DNA of 37,879 bases, from positions 1-37,879 of the forward strand of contig DASROJ010000210.1 of the NCBI GenBank assembly GCA_035646975.1, in the 5' to 3' direction. The stretch is from Patescibacteria group bacterium. GTDB lineage: Bacteria > Acidobacteriota > Polarisedimenticolia > JACPZX01 > DASXTC01. Positions 30,473-37,879 of this stretch are shown here, piece after piece. Both the position numbers and the translations under genes were made by a program. Below the pieces are notes generated by a model, which saw nothing but the letters and a program-made list of their open reading frames with translations, was not told where the DNA came from and did not search any database. Each line of letters begins with the position of its first letter. The first letter of the stretch is position 1.

Positions 30473-31254
30473 ACGTCCCCATGCTCGTCGGCAACTGGAA
30501 GATGAACAAGACCCCCTCCGAGACCGAGGCGCTTCTTTCGGAGCTGATTACCCCTCTCGTGCTGCTTTCGGCCGAGGGGCGGATGGAGATCGCGCTGGCG
30601 CCCTCCTTCACCTCCCTGCCGCTGGCGGCACGCATCCTGGCCGGCTCCGGCATCGCTCTTTGCGGGCAGGATTGCCACTGGAGCGATGAGGGGCCCTATA
30701 CCGGGGAGGTCTCGGCGCAGATGCTGGCCGAAGTCGGGTGCCGCTACGTGCTGCTTGGACACTCCGAGCGACGGGAGCATTTCGCGGAGACCAGCCGCAC
30801 GGTGAACATGAAGGCGAAACGGGCGCTGTTCTGGGGTATGACCCCGATCATCTGCGTGGGCGAAAAAGAAGATGAAAGGGCGGCCGGCCGCACCGAGATG
30901 GTAGTCGAGGCGGAGCTCAAGCGCTGCCTGGCGGATCTCGTGCTCGAGAAGGGGCAGCGTCTGATGGTCGCCTACGAGCCGGTCTGGGCGATTGGCACCG
31001 GCAAGACCCCCGAGCCCGCAGAGGTCGACGCGGTGCACCGGCTCATACGCTGCGAGCTGGAGCAGAGCTATGGAAGGGACAGCGGCGCGAGACTGCCCGT
31101 ATTATACGGGGGAAGCGTCAACCACTCGAACGTCGGCGTGATGATGTCGCTCGAGGCCATCGACGGCGTTCTGGTCGGCGGAGCGAGCCTGACCGCCCAC
31201 GGCTTTCTGTCGATCGCCGAGCAGGTCGCCGGCGGCAGGGGGCAGGCGAAGTGA
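30469..31254 (+). CDS. tpiA: Triosephosphate isomerase
   Basis: GNWKMN, GHSERR, AYEPVWAIGTG, YGGSV, LVGGASL; GTGA overlap with pgk. Confidence 0.97.
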   Translation: MNVPMLVGNWKMNKTPSETEALLSELITPLVLLSAEGRMEIALAPSFTSLPLAARILAGSGIALCGQDCHWSDEGPYTGEVSAQMLAEVGCRYVLLGHSERREHFAETSRTVNMKAKRALFWGMTPIICVGEKEDERAAGRTEMVVEAELKRCLADLVLEKGQRLMVAYEPVWAIGTGKTPEPAEVDAVHRLIRCELEQSYGRDSGARLPVLYGGSVNHSNVGVMMSLEAIDGVLVGGASLTAHGFLSIAEQVAGGRGQAK

Positions 31255-31269
31255 CACGCTGATCCGCCG

Positions 31270-31298
31270 TTGAGGCAGCGCGGTCCCTGTGCTATATT
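31270..31298 (+). promoter_or_regulatory. Putative promoter for secG-tRNA-Leu
   Basis: TTGAGG-N17-TATATT with an extended -10 TG. Confidence 0.5.
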
Positions 31299-31331
31299 TT
31301 CGCACCCACGAAGCAGGACTATGGAGTCGGC

Positions 31332-31676
31332 ATGATCATCTTGCTCACGATTGTTCATCTGTTCGTTTGCGTGTTCCTGATCCTGGTCGTGCTGCTGCAG
31401 ACCGGCAAGGGAGCCGACGTCGCCGCTGCCTTCGGCGGCACCAGCCAGACGGCGTTCGGCGCCAGAGGCGCGACGACCCTGCTTTCCAAGCTGACGACCG
31501 GCTCGGCGATTGTCTTCATGATCACGTCGTTCACGCTGGCCATGATGGCCAACAAGGGAGGCTCGTCGGTGGTTACCGATGAAGCGGCCCAGCAGCAGCG
31601 TTCGGCGCCGGCTGTTCCTGCCCCGTCTGCGCCGGCGCCATCCAACCAGACGCCTCCTCCGAACCCTCAGCAGTAG
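31332..31676 (+). CDS. secG: Preprotein translocase subunit SecG
   Basis: LILVVLLQTGKGADVAAAFGG...FGARGATTLLSKLT; standard tpiA-secG synteny. Confidence 0.95.
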   Translation: MIILLTIVHLFVCVFLILVVLLQTGKGADVAAAFGGTSQTAFGARGATTLLSKLTTGSAIVFMITSFTLAMMANKGGSSVVTDEAAQQQRSAPAVPAPSAPAPSNQTPPPNPQQ

Positions 31677-31718
31677 GGACGAAGGCGCCTGAGGTCATTT
31701 GGTTCAGCCATGTCGAGT

Positions 31719-31803
31719 GCCGAAGTGGTGAAACTGGCAGACACACCATCTTGAGGGGGTGGCGCCGCGAGGCATGCGGGTTCGAATCCCGCCTTCGGCA
31801 CCA
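31719..31803 (+). tRNA. tRNA-Leu(GAG) with encoded CCA
   Basis: GCCGAAG/CTTCGGC acceptor stem, CCATC-TT-GAG-GG-GGTGG anticodon arm, long variable arm, GGTTCGAATCC T-loop. Confidence 0.96.
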
Positions 31804-31826
31804 AGTCCAACCGGGGTCTCGAAACG

Positions 31827-32066
31827 ATGTCAACCATGACTTGCCGTCGATGCACACTCGCCAGGGAATCGCTTGAAAAAGCTCCGTTCCGCGGCGCGCT
31901 GGGGCAGAAGATCTTCGAGAACATCTGCAAGGACTGCTGGGCGGAATGGCAGGGAATGCAGACGAAGATCATCAACGAGTACCGGCTGAGCCTCGGTGAC
32001 CCCCGTGGACAGGAAATGCTCGATCAGCAGCTCAAGATCTTCCTGAACCTCGCCGACCTCCCCTAG
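31827..32066 (+). CDS. yggX: Fe(II)-trafficking / oxidative damage protection protein (YggX family)
   Basis: PFRGALGQKIFENICKDCWAEWQGMQTKIINEYRLSL family motif. Confidence 0.85.
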   Translation: MSTMTCRRCTLARESLEKAPFRGALGQKIFENICKDCWAEWQGMQTKIINEYRLSLGDPRGQEMLDQQLKIFLNLADLP

Positions 32067-33301
32067 CGGGCGCCGCGCTCCGCGCGCTCGATCTTGTAGC
32101 CCGCCTCCTTCAACGAGCGGATGATCTCCTGGACATGGGCCGCGTTGCGCGTCTCGACCAGCAGCTCGACCTCCACCCATCCAAGCGGGATCCGCCAGCC
32201 GGCGCGATTGTGCCGGACATCAAGGACGTTGATGCGTCTCTGCGACAGATGCGTGAGCATGCCATACAGCCGGCCAGGCTTGTCCGGTATCTGGGACCGA
32301 AGCACGAGGTAGCGGTTGGCGCGTGAAAGCCCCTGCTCCACCACGCGCGCCATCATGTTGAGATCGACGTTCCCCCCCGAGATGACCGCGCAGACACGAC
32401 CGAGCCGCCTGCTCACCCGGCCGGCGAGCAGGGCCGCCACGCCGACGGCTCCGGCGCCCTCCGCGACGAGCTTCGATTCCTCCAGCAGCCTGACCATCGA
32501 CTCGGCGATCTCTTCTTCGGTGACATCGACCATGTCATCGACATACTCATGGATGATCGGCATCGTGACCGCGCTTGCCTGCTTGAATCTGATCGCATCC
32601 GCAAGCGTGTCCGCGCTGGGCAGGCTGGCGATCCGTCCTTCCTGGAACGACCTGACGACGGGCGCCGCCCCGCGAGCCTGCACGCCGATAATGCGGACCC
32701 GGGGGTTGAGCGACTTCACCGCGATGGCGATACCGGAGATCAGCCCGCCGCCACCCACCGGCACGAGGATCGCCTGGACATCGGGAAAGGCCTCGAGGAT
32801 CTCCAGCCCGATGGTTCCCTGTCCCGCCATGACATTGCGATCTTCGTAGGCGTGCACGAATGTCAGGCGCCGGCGTCTGCCGATTTCGCCCGCCTTCCTG
32901 AATGCCTCCTCCAGCGAGCCGCCATGCAGGATGACCTCCGCGCCGTATCCCTTCGTGCGGTCGACCTTGATGAGCGGCGTCTCCTCGGGCATGACGATCG
33001 TCGAGGGAATCCCGAGTCGACTCGCCGCCAGCGCGACGCCTTGCGCGTGGTTTCCCGCCGAGGCTGCGATGACGCCACGCCTGGCTTTCAGCCTCGAGAT
33101 CCGGTTGTAGGCCCCGCGGATCTTGAATGACCCGGCAAGCTGAAGGTTCTCCGCCTTGAAGCGGACCTGCCGGCCCGCGAGGCGCGAAAAACCGGGCGCT
33201 CCGAGCAGCGGGGTCGGGTCGAGCAGCGGCGCCAGCAGCCGCCGCGCGTCCTCGAGATCCGCGAAGGTGGGAGCCCCCTTGATCCGATCGGTGGGCTTCA
33301 T
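32063..33301 (-). CDS. ilvA: Threonine ammonia-lyase, PLP-dependent, with C-terminal ACT domain
   Basis: KAENLQLAGSFKIRGA (PLP Lys), SAGNHAQG, PVGGGGLISG, SGGNVD, ACT IPDKPGRL. ATG 33301 overlaps the mutY stop. Confidence 0.9.
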   Translation of the reverse strand: MKPTDRIKGAPTFADLEDARRLLAPLLDPTPLLGAPGFSRLAGRQVRFKAENLQLAGSFKIRGAYNRISRLKARRGVIAASAGNHAQGVALAASRLGIPSTIVMPEETPLIKVDRTKGYGAEVILHGGSLEEAFRKAGEIGRRRRLTFVHAYEDRNVMAGQGTIGLEILEAFPDVQAILVPVGGGGLISGIAIAVKSLNPRVRIIGVQARGAAPVVRSFQEGRIASLPSADTLADAIRFKQASAVTMPIIHEYVDDMVDVTEEEIAESMVRLLEESKLVAEGAGAVGVAALLAGRVSRRLGRVCAVISGGNVDLNMMARVVEQGLSRANRYLVLRSQIPDKPGRLYGMLTHLSQRRINVLDVRHNRAGWRIPLGWVEVELLVETRNAAHVQEIIRSLKEAGYKIERAERGAR

Positions 33302-34446
33302 CGTGCCGCCGCGAGCAGACGGGAGATCTTCCTGGCGGCGCCGGTGAGCGCGAGGCCCCCCTGACCCCCGCGGGTCACGATGTCGAGACTCTCCCACCTG
33401 GCAGGACTCGCGCTCGAGGGAGTCGCCAGCCTGGCTGCCGGCTCCGATACCGAGATCCGCCGGGGCGACAGCCCCCGGGAAGGCCGGCGGCAACGATCCG
33501 CCTCGTACACCGTGATCGACAACCGATGGGATGTGATCGTGTGTCTCACCTGCCCCACGCACCGGACGAGTCGCGCACCGTACCGCGCCGCCTCGCGCTC
33601 CACCTGCAGCCGGCTCTTCGCCGCCACCAGTGGAAACTCCCACAGCCCCTTCATCAAGGTTCCTTCTCCCCGCTCCACCAGCATCACGTTGCCGTCGTGC
33701 AGGACGGCGACCGCCGCCAGCTCGACGTGCCGCGGACTTGCCGATGGCCTTGTGGCCGGGATGCGATCCACCGAGGCCTCGCGACGCGCGCGGCAGCAGG
33801 TCGCCACCGGGCATGCCACGCAGTCGGGACGGCGCGGCGTGCAGACCATCGCCCCGAGATCCATCAACGCCTGGTTGAACGCGGAGGCGTTGCCGGCAGG
33901 CATCAGGCGCGCGGCGAGTGCCTCGATCTCCCTTCTCGTGGATGCTCTGGCGGGATCTCCCTCGATGGCGCCGAGCCTCGCGATCACCCGGTTGACGTTG
34001 CCGTCGAGCGCTGGAAACGGCAGGTTGTGCCCGATGCTCAGTATCGCCCCGGCCGTGTACGGTCCCACACCCGGCAGCGCCCGCAACGACTTCATGTCGC
34101 GCGGCACCCTGCCCCGGTGTCTGTCGACGATGAGCCTTGCGGCCTTCAGCATGTTGCGCGCCCGGTGGTAGTAGCCGAGCCCTGACCAGAGGGCGAGGAT
34201 CTCCTCCTCGCCCGCCGCGGCGAGATCCCTGATCGTCGGGTAACGGCGGACGAACCGATCGAAGTAGGGGCCGGCGGTCTCCACCGTGGTCTGCTGGAGC
34301 ATGATCTCGGAGACCCAGACCCGGTACGGATTGGGCCGGCGCCGCCAGGGCAGGTCACGCCCCGCGCGTCCGTACCACTCGAGCAGGCTCGAGGCGAGTG
34401 AACCAGGTGAGCGGGCTGGCGCGGCGTGATCCGAGGGGACCGGCAT
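33298..34446 (-). CDS. mutY: A/G-specific adenine glycosylase
   Basis: WVSEIMLQQT, GLGYYHRARN, LPGVGPYTAGA, DGNV, CTPRRPDCVACPV 4Fe-4S motif, C-terminal NUDIX-like domain. Start set to ATG 34446 from the -10 position (34455 possible). Confidence 0.93.
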   Translation of the reverse strand: MPVPSDHAAPARSPGSLASSLLEWYGRAGRDLPWRRRPNPYRVWVSEIMLQQTTVETAGPYFDRFVRRYPTIRDLAAAGEEEILALWSGLGYYHRARNMLKAARLIVDRHRGRVPRDMKSLRALPGVGPYTAGAILSIGHNLPFPALDGNVNRVIARLGAIEGDPARASTRREIEALAARLMPAGNASAFNQALMDLGAMVCTPRRPDCVACPVATCCRARREASVDRIPATRPSASPRHVELAAVAVLHDGNVMLVERGEGTLMKGLWEFPLVAAKSRLQVEREAARYGARLVRCVGQVRHTITSHRLSITVYEADRCRRPSRGLSPRRISVSEPAARLATPSSASPARWESLDIVTRGGQGGLALTGAARKISRLLAAAR

Positions 34447-34453
34447 GCCCGGC

Positions 34454-34462
34454 ATTCTAACA
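34454..34462 (-). promoter_or_regulatory. Extended -10 promoter for mutY-ilvA (candidate leaderless)
   Basis: Minus strand TG-T-TAGAAT, 7 nt, then ATG 34446. Confidence 0.55.
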
Positions 34463-34481
34463 GCGGAAGGCGCGCTCCGCG

Positions 34482-34511
34482 TTGACTTCACCGTCACGCC
34501 CCCCCTAGAAT
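34482..34511 (+). promoter_or_regulatory. Sigma70 promoter for the LeuA-family gene (candidate leaderless)
   Basis: TTGACT-N18-TAGAAT, 6 nt, then ATG 34518; no SD. Confidence 0.7.
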
Positions 34512-34517
34512 CAGTTC

Positions 34518-35753
34518 ATGAATCCCGCAGGGACGAGCCACTCCGAGTTGATCCACGACTGGAACGTGGCCGACAAACCGTTTCATCCCGGCCGGCCTGT
34601 CGAGCTGGACGACGAGACGCTGCGCGACGGCCTGCAGGGGCCGTCGGTGACCGACCCGCCCATCGGACTGAAGCTGAAGATGCTCCACGCCATGGACGCC
34701 CTGGGCATCGACACCGCCGACGTCGGGCTGCCGGGCGCCGGCGCCCGCGCGGTGGAGGACGTCACCGCCCTGTGCCGCGAGATCGTCGAGGCGAAGCTGC
34801 GGATTCGTCCCAACTGCGCCGCCCGCACGATGATCCGCGACGTCGAGCCGATCGCGCGGATCTCGCAGCAGGTGGGGATTCCCATCGAGGCCTGTCTTTT
34901 CATCGGCTCGTCGGCGATCCGTCAGTTCACGGAGGACTGGCCGATCGAGACGCTGCTCAAGCACACGGAAGAGTCGATCAACTTCGCCGTCAAGGAAGGC
35001 CTTCCGGTCATGTACGTCACCGAGGACACCGCGCGCGCGAAGCCGGAGACGATTCGACGACTGTACACCGCCGCCATCGAGTGCGGCGTGCGACGCATCT
35101 GCCTGACCGACACGGTGGGGCACAGCACCCCGGCCGGCGCGAGGAGCCTGGTGGCCTTCGTGCGCGGCGTGATCGCCGCCTCTGGCCGGCAGGTCAAGCT
35201 CGACTGGCACGGTCATCGCGACCGGGGGCTCGGCCTGGCCAACACATTGGCGGCCATCGAGGCGGGCGCGGACAGGGCTCACGGCTGCGCCCTGGGGATC
35301 GGCGAGCGGGCCGGCAATACCGAGATGGATCTCCTGCTGGTGAACCTCCACCTGCTTGGATGGATCGAACGCGACCTGACCAGCCTGGGTGAATACTGCC
35401 GGCTGGCGTCGGAGGGCTGCCGTGTCCCGATCCCCAGCAACTACCCGGTGGTCGGCACCGACGCCTTCGAAACCGGCACCGGCGTGCATGCGGCGGCCGT
35501 CATCAAGGCGCTGCGGAAAAACGACGGATGGCTCGCGGATCGAGTCTACTCGGGGGTGCCGGCGTCGGATTTCGGGTTCCACCAGCGCATCCGCATCGGG
35601 CACATGTCGGGCCGGTCCAATGTCCTGTACTGGCTCGAGGAGCATGGCATCACGGCGACCGACGAGGTCGTCGATCGAATCTTCACCGCCGCCAAGAAGA
35701 GCACACGGCTGCTCAACGACGACGAGCTGATGGCACTTGCCCGGGGAGCCTGA
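34518..35753 (+). CDS. LeuA/HCS/CimA-family (DRE-TIM) acyl-CoA condensing synthase lacking the C-terminal regulatory domain
   Basis: DETLRDGLQ, LTDTVG, HGHRDRGLGLAN (HxH), GIGERAGN; 411 aa. Substrate cannot be determined from the sequence. Confidence 0.85.
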   Translation: MNPAGTSHSELIHDWNVADKPFHPGRPVELDDETLRDGLQGPSVTDPPIGLKLKMLHAMDALGIDTADVGLPGAGARAVEDVTALCREIVEAKLRIRPNCAARTMIRDVEPIARISQQVGIPIEACLFIGSSAIRQFTEDWPIETLLKHTEESINFAVKEGLPVMYVTEDTARAKPETIRRLYTAAIECGVRRICLTDTVGHSTPAGARSLVAFVRGVIAASGRQVKLDWHGHRDRGLGLANTLAAIEAGADRAHGCALGIGERAGNTEMDLLLVNLHLLGWIERDLTSLGEYCRLASEGCRVPIPSNYPVVGTDAFETGTGVHAAAVIKALRKNDGWLADRVYSGVPASDFGFHQRIRIGHMSGRSNVLYWLEEHGITATDEVVDRIFTAAKKSTRLLNDDELMALARGA

Positions 35754-35757
35754 GCGG

Positions 35758-36765
35758 ATGAAGACTTCACCGCTCTGCTACGGTCCGGTGCCCGTCGATC
35801 CGCCCCTGGTGCTGGCCCCGATGGCCGGCATCACCGATCGCCATTACCGCAAGATCATCAAGCGGATTGGCGGGGCCGGCCTCGTGTCGATGGAGTTCAT
35901 CAGCAGCGAAGGGATCACGCGCGGCAACGAGCGCACCATGAACATGATGGCCTTCGCCAATGAAGAGCGCCCACTGGCGATCCAGATTTACGGGTCCAAA
36001 CCGGACAAGATGGCCGCCGCCGCGGAGGTGGTCCAGGAGATCGGCGCCGATGTCTGCGACATCAACATGGGCTGCCCGGCCAACAAGATTCTCAAGGGCT
36101 GCTCGGGCGCCGCGCTCATGGGCGACCTTGCGCTGGCGGAACGTATCATCGCCTCCGCACGCCGTGTTCTCACCATTCCTCTCACGGTCAAGTTCCGAGC
36201 GGGTCTGAGCGAGGACAGGCTCAATTATCTCGAGCTGGGGAGGATCTGCGAAGCCAACGGCGTCCAGGCCGTGGCGCTTCACCCGCGCACGGCAAAGCAG
36301 TTCTACACCGGGCAGGCGGACTGGGACAGGATCGCCCGCCTCAAGGAGGCCTTGTCGATCCCGGTGGTGGGCAACGGCGACGTGACGACCCCGTCCCAGG
36401 CGGTGGAGATGATGCGCCGCACCGGGTGCGACGCGGTCATGATCGGGCGTGGCTCGATGCTGAACCCCTGGATCTTCCGGCAGACCGCGGCGCTTCTTGC
36501 CGGACGGACACCGTTTCTGCCGACGCTGAACGACAGGCGCGACCTCATCCGTTTCCATTTCAGCCTGCTGCGCGCCGAGGAGGACGACAAGGCGGCGTTG
36601 CACAAGATGCGCAAGTTCACCGGCTGGTACACGCATGGACTGCGCAACGGCAAGGTCCTGCGGCAGAAAATCCAGACGCTGGTCTCGGTCGACGCCTTTT
36701 TCGAGGAGTTCGAAGGGTTCTTCGAGGATCTCGCCCGCGCCGAGCAGACCCCCGTGGCGGTGTGA
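35758..36765 (+). CDS. dusB: tRNA-dihydrouridine synthase (DusB-like)
   Basis: LAPMAGITD, QIYGS, DINMGCP, TVKFR, HPRT, GNGDV, MIGRG. Confidence 0.9.
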   Translation: MKTSPLCYGPVPVDPPLVLAPMAGITDRHYRKIIKRIGGAGLVSMEFISSEGITRGNERTMNMMAFANEERPLAIQIYGSKPDKMAAAAEVVQEIGADVCDINMGCPANKILKGCSGAALMGDLALAERIIASARRVLTIPLTVKFRAGLSEDRLNYLELGRICEANGVQAVALHPRTAKQFYTGQADWDRIARLKEALSIPVVGNGDVTTPSQAVEMMRRTGCDAVMIGRGSMLNPWIFRQTAALLAGRTPFLPTLNDRRDLIRFHFSLLRAEEDDKAALHKMRKFTGWYTHGLRNGKVLRQKIQTLVSVDAFFEEFEGFFEDLARAEQTPVAV

Positions 36766-36804
36766 CGCGAGCCGGCTGCTCGGATCCCCGGCGGTCCGCC
36801 GGCT

Positions 36805-37879
36805 TCAGTCGGGAAGGATCTTCCCCGGGTTGAGGATGTCATCCGGGTCGAAGGCGCGCTTGATGCGCCTCATCAGCTCCAGCTCGACTTCCGAGTGGGT
36901 GATACGCATGTAATCCCGCTGGACCCAGCCGATGCCGTGCTCGCCTGAAATCTTTCCGCCCAGCGCGGCCACCTTGCCGAAGATCTCCCGGATCGCGGTG
37001 TCGAGATGCGAGGACCAGGCGGTGCCCCCCTCGTCCTTGAGGATGTTGACATGGATATTGCCGTCGCCGGCATGACCGTAGCAGATGGCGCGCAGGCCAT
37101 ACCGCTTGATGATCTCGTCCACCGCGGCGACGAGCTCGGGCACCTGCCTGCGCGGCACCACGGTGTCCTCTTCCTTGTAGGGCGCGATCTTCTTGACCGC
37201 TTCACCTATCGCCCGGCGCACGCTCCACAGATCCTTGATGCGCGCGGGGGTATCGGCCATCAGGACGTCGGCCGCGCCCAGCTCGCTGCAGGCCTCCGCG
37301 ATGGCGAGGGCCTCGTCTTCGACGACCTGGCGGTGCGTCCCGTCGACCTCCAGCAGCAGGTAGGCTGCGTGCCCGGGCGGCAGAAGCTGCTTTCCCAGTC
37401 GATCGGCCCCCGTCCGCCAGGCAGCCCCCTCCATGAATTCGACGGCCGCGGGGATCACCTTCTTGTCGAACACGCGCACCACTGCGCTGGCCGCCGCCTC
37501 CACCGAGTCAAAGCAGGCCACCAGCGCGCGACGGTGCGCCGGCGCCGGGATCAGCTTCACGATCACCTTGGTGATGATGGCGAGAGTCCCCTCGGAACCC
37601 ACGAGCAGCTGTGTCAGGTTGTAGCCTGACACGTCCTTGCGGAGCTTGCCGCCGCAGGAGAACACCGACCCGTCGGCGGTCACGACTTCAAGACCGGTGA
37701 CCCAGTCCTTCGTCACTCCATACTTGACGGCATGAGGCCCGGCGGCATTCTCCGCGACATTGCCGCCGATCATGCAGGACCCACGGCTGGCCGGATCGGG
37801 CGGATAATAAAGACCGACCCGCTCCACCTCGTTCTGGAGCACCTCCGTGATGACGCCCGGCTCGACAACCGCCATCAGG
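36805..37879 (-). CDS. FAD-linked oxidoreductase, GlcD/D-lactate dehydrogenase family, 5'-truncated by the window edge
   Basis: YPPDPAS...IGGNVAENAAGPHAVKYG, GSEGTLAIIT, GHAGDGNIH, ISGEHGIG, FDPDDILNPGK. Confidence 0.88.
   Translation of the reverse strand, partial: LMAVVEPGVITEVLQNEVERVGLYYPPDPASRGSCMIGGNVAENAAGPHAVKYGVTKDWVTGLEVVTADGSVFSCGGKLRKDVSGYNLTQLLVGSEGTLAIITKVIVKLIPAPAHRRALVACFDSVEAAASAVVRVFDKKVIPAAVEFMEGAAWRTGADRLGKQLLPPGHAAYLLLEVDGTHRQVVEDEALAIAEACSELGAADVLMADTPARIKDLWSVRRAIGEAVKKIAPYKEEDTVVPRRQVPELVAAVDEIIKRYGLRAICYGHAGDGNIHVNILKDEGGTAWSSHLDTAIREIFGKVAALGGKISGEHGIGWVQRDYMRITHSEVELELMRRIKRAFDPDDILNPGKILPD

Noticed and set aside
31719-31830. tRNA-Leu as an integration site
   Set aside because: It is followed directly by yggX, with no integrase and no duplicated tRNA 3' end.

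Overview
High-GC bacterial chromosomal window (about two-thirds GC by eye, not computed). Gene content (PEGA-domain Hanks kinase, YfhO-like GT-C, DUF192, Bacteroidota-like AtpB/AtpE) would fit an uncultured Acidobacteriota-like genome; this is inference only. No mobile elements, CRISPR arrays or rRNA were seen. From left to right: a truncated PAS/HisKA sensor whose phospho-acceptor His reads Asn; GDP-L-fucose synthase; two tandem secreted carboxypeptidase-regulatory-like proteins with a shared C-terminal tail; a small orphan ORF and an excisionase-type HTH response regulator. Next is a ~22 kb tightly packed minus-strand run: nuoA-C-D-H-I-J-K-L-M-N (no nuoB, no nuoEFG), an F0-only ATP synthase cluster (atpZ-I-B-E-F) abutting nuoN, aroB, a YfhO-like glycosyltransferase, a metallophosphoesterase lacking most metal ligands, a membrane Ser/Thr kinase with PEGA domains and two exported TPR scaffold proteins. 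The rest is a lytic transglycosylase, DUF192, a HEAT-repeat protein, pgk-tpiA-secG-tRNA-Leu(GAG)-yggX, ilvA, mutY, a LeuA-family synthase, dusB and a truncated GlcD-like oxidoreductase. Top leads: (1) NuoL has a 26-residue duplication in its lateral helix, the signature of two-NuoM complex I, yet the operon has one nuoM; (2) a kinase/pseudophosphatase/TPR-PEGA envelope signalling module; (3) a pseudo-histidine kinase; (4) near-consensus sigma70 promoters with mostly 18-bp spacers and several apparently leaderless genes. Many start codons were re-assigned from the ORF track using RBS, overlap and homology cues. All family calls come from recognising motifs by eye, not from database searches.
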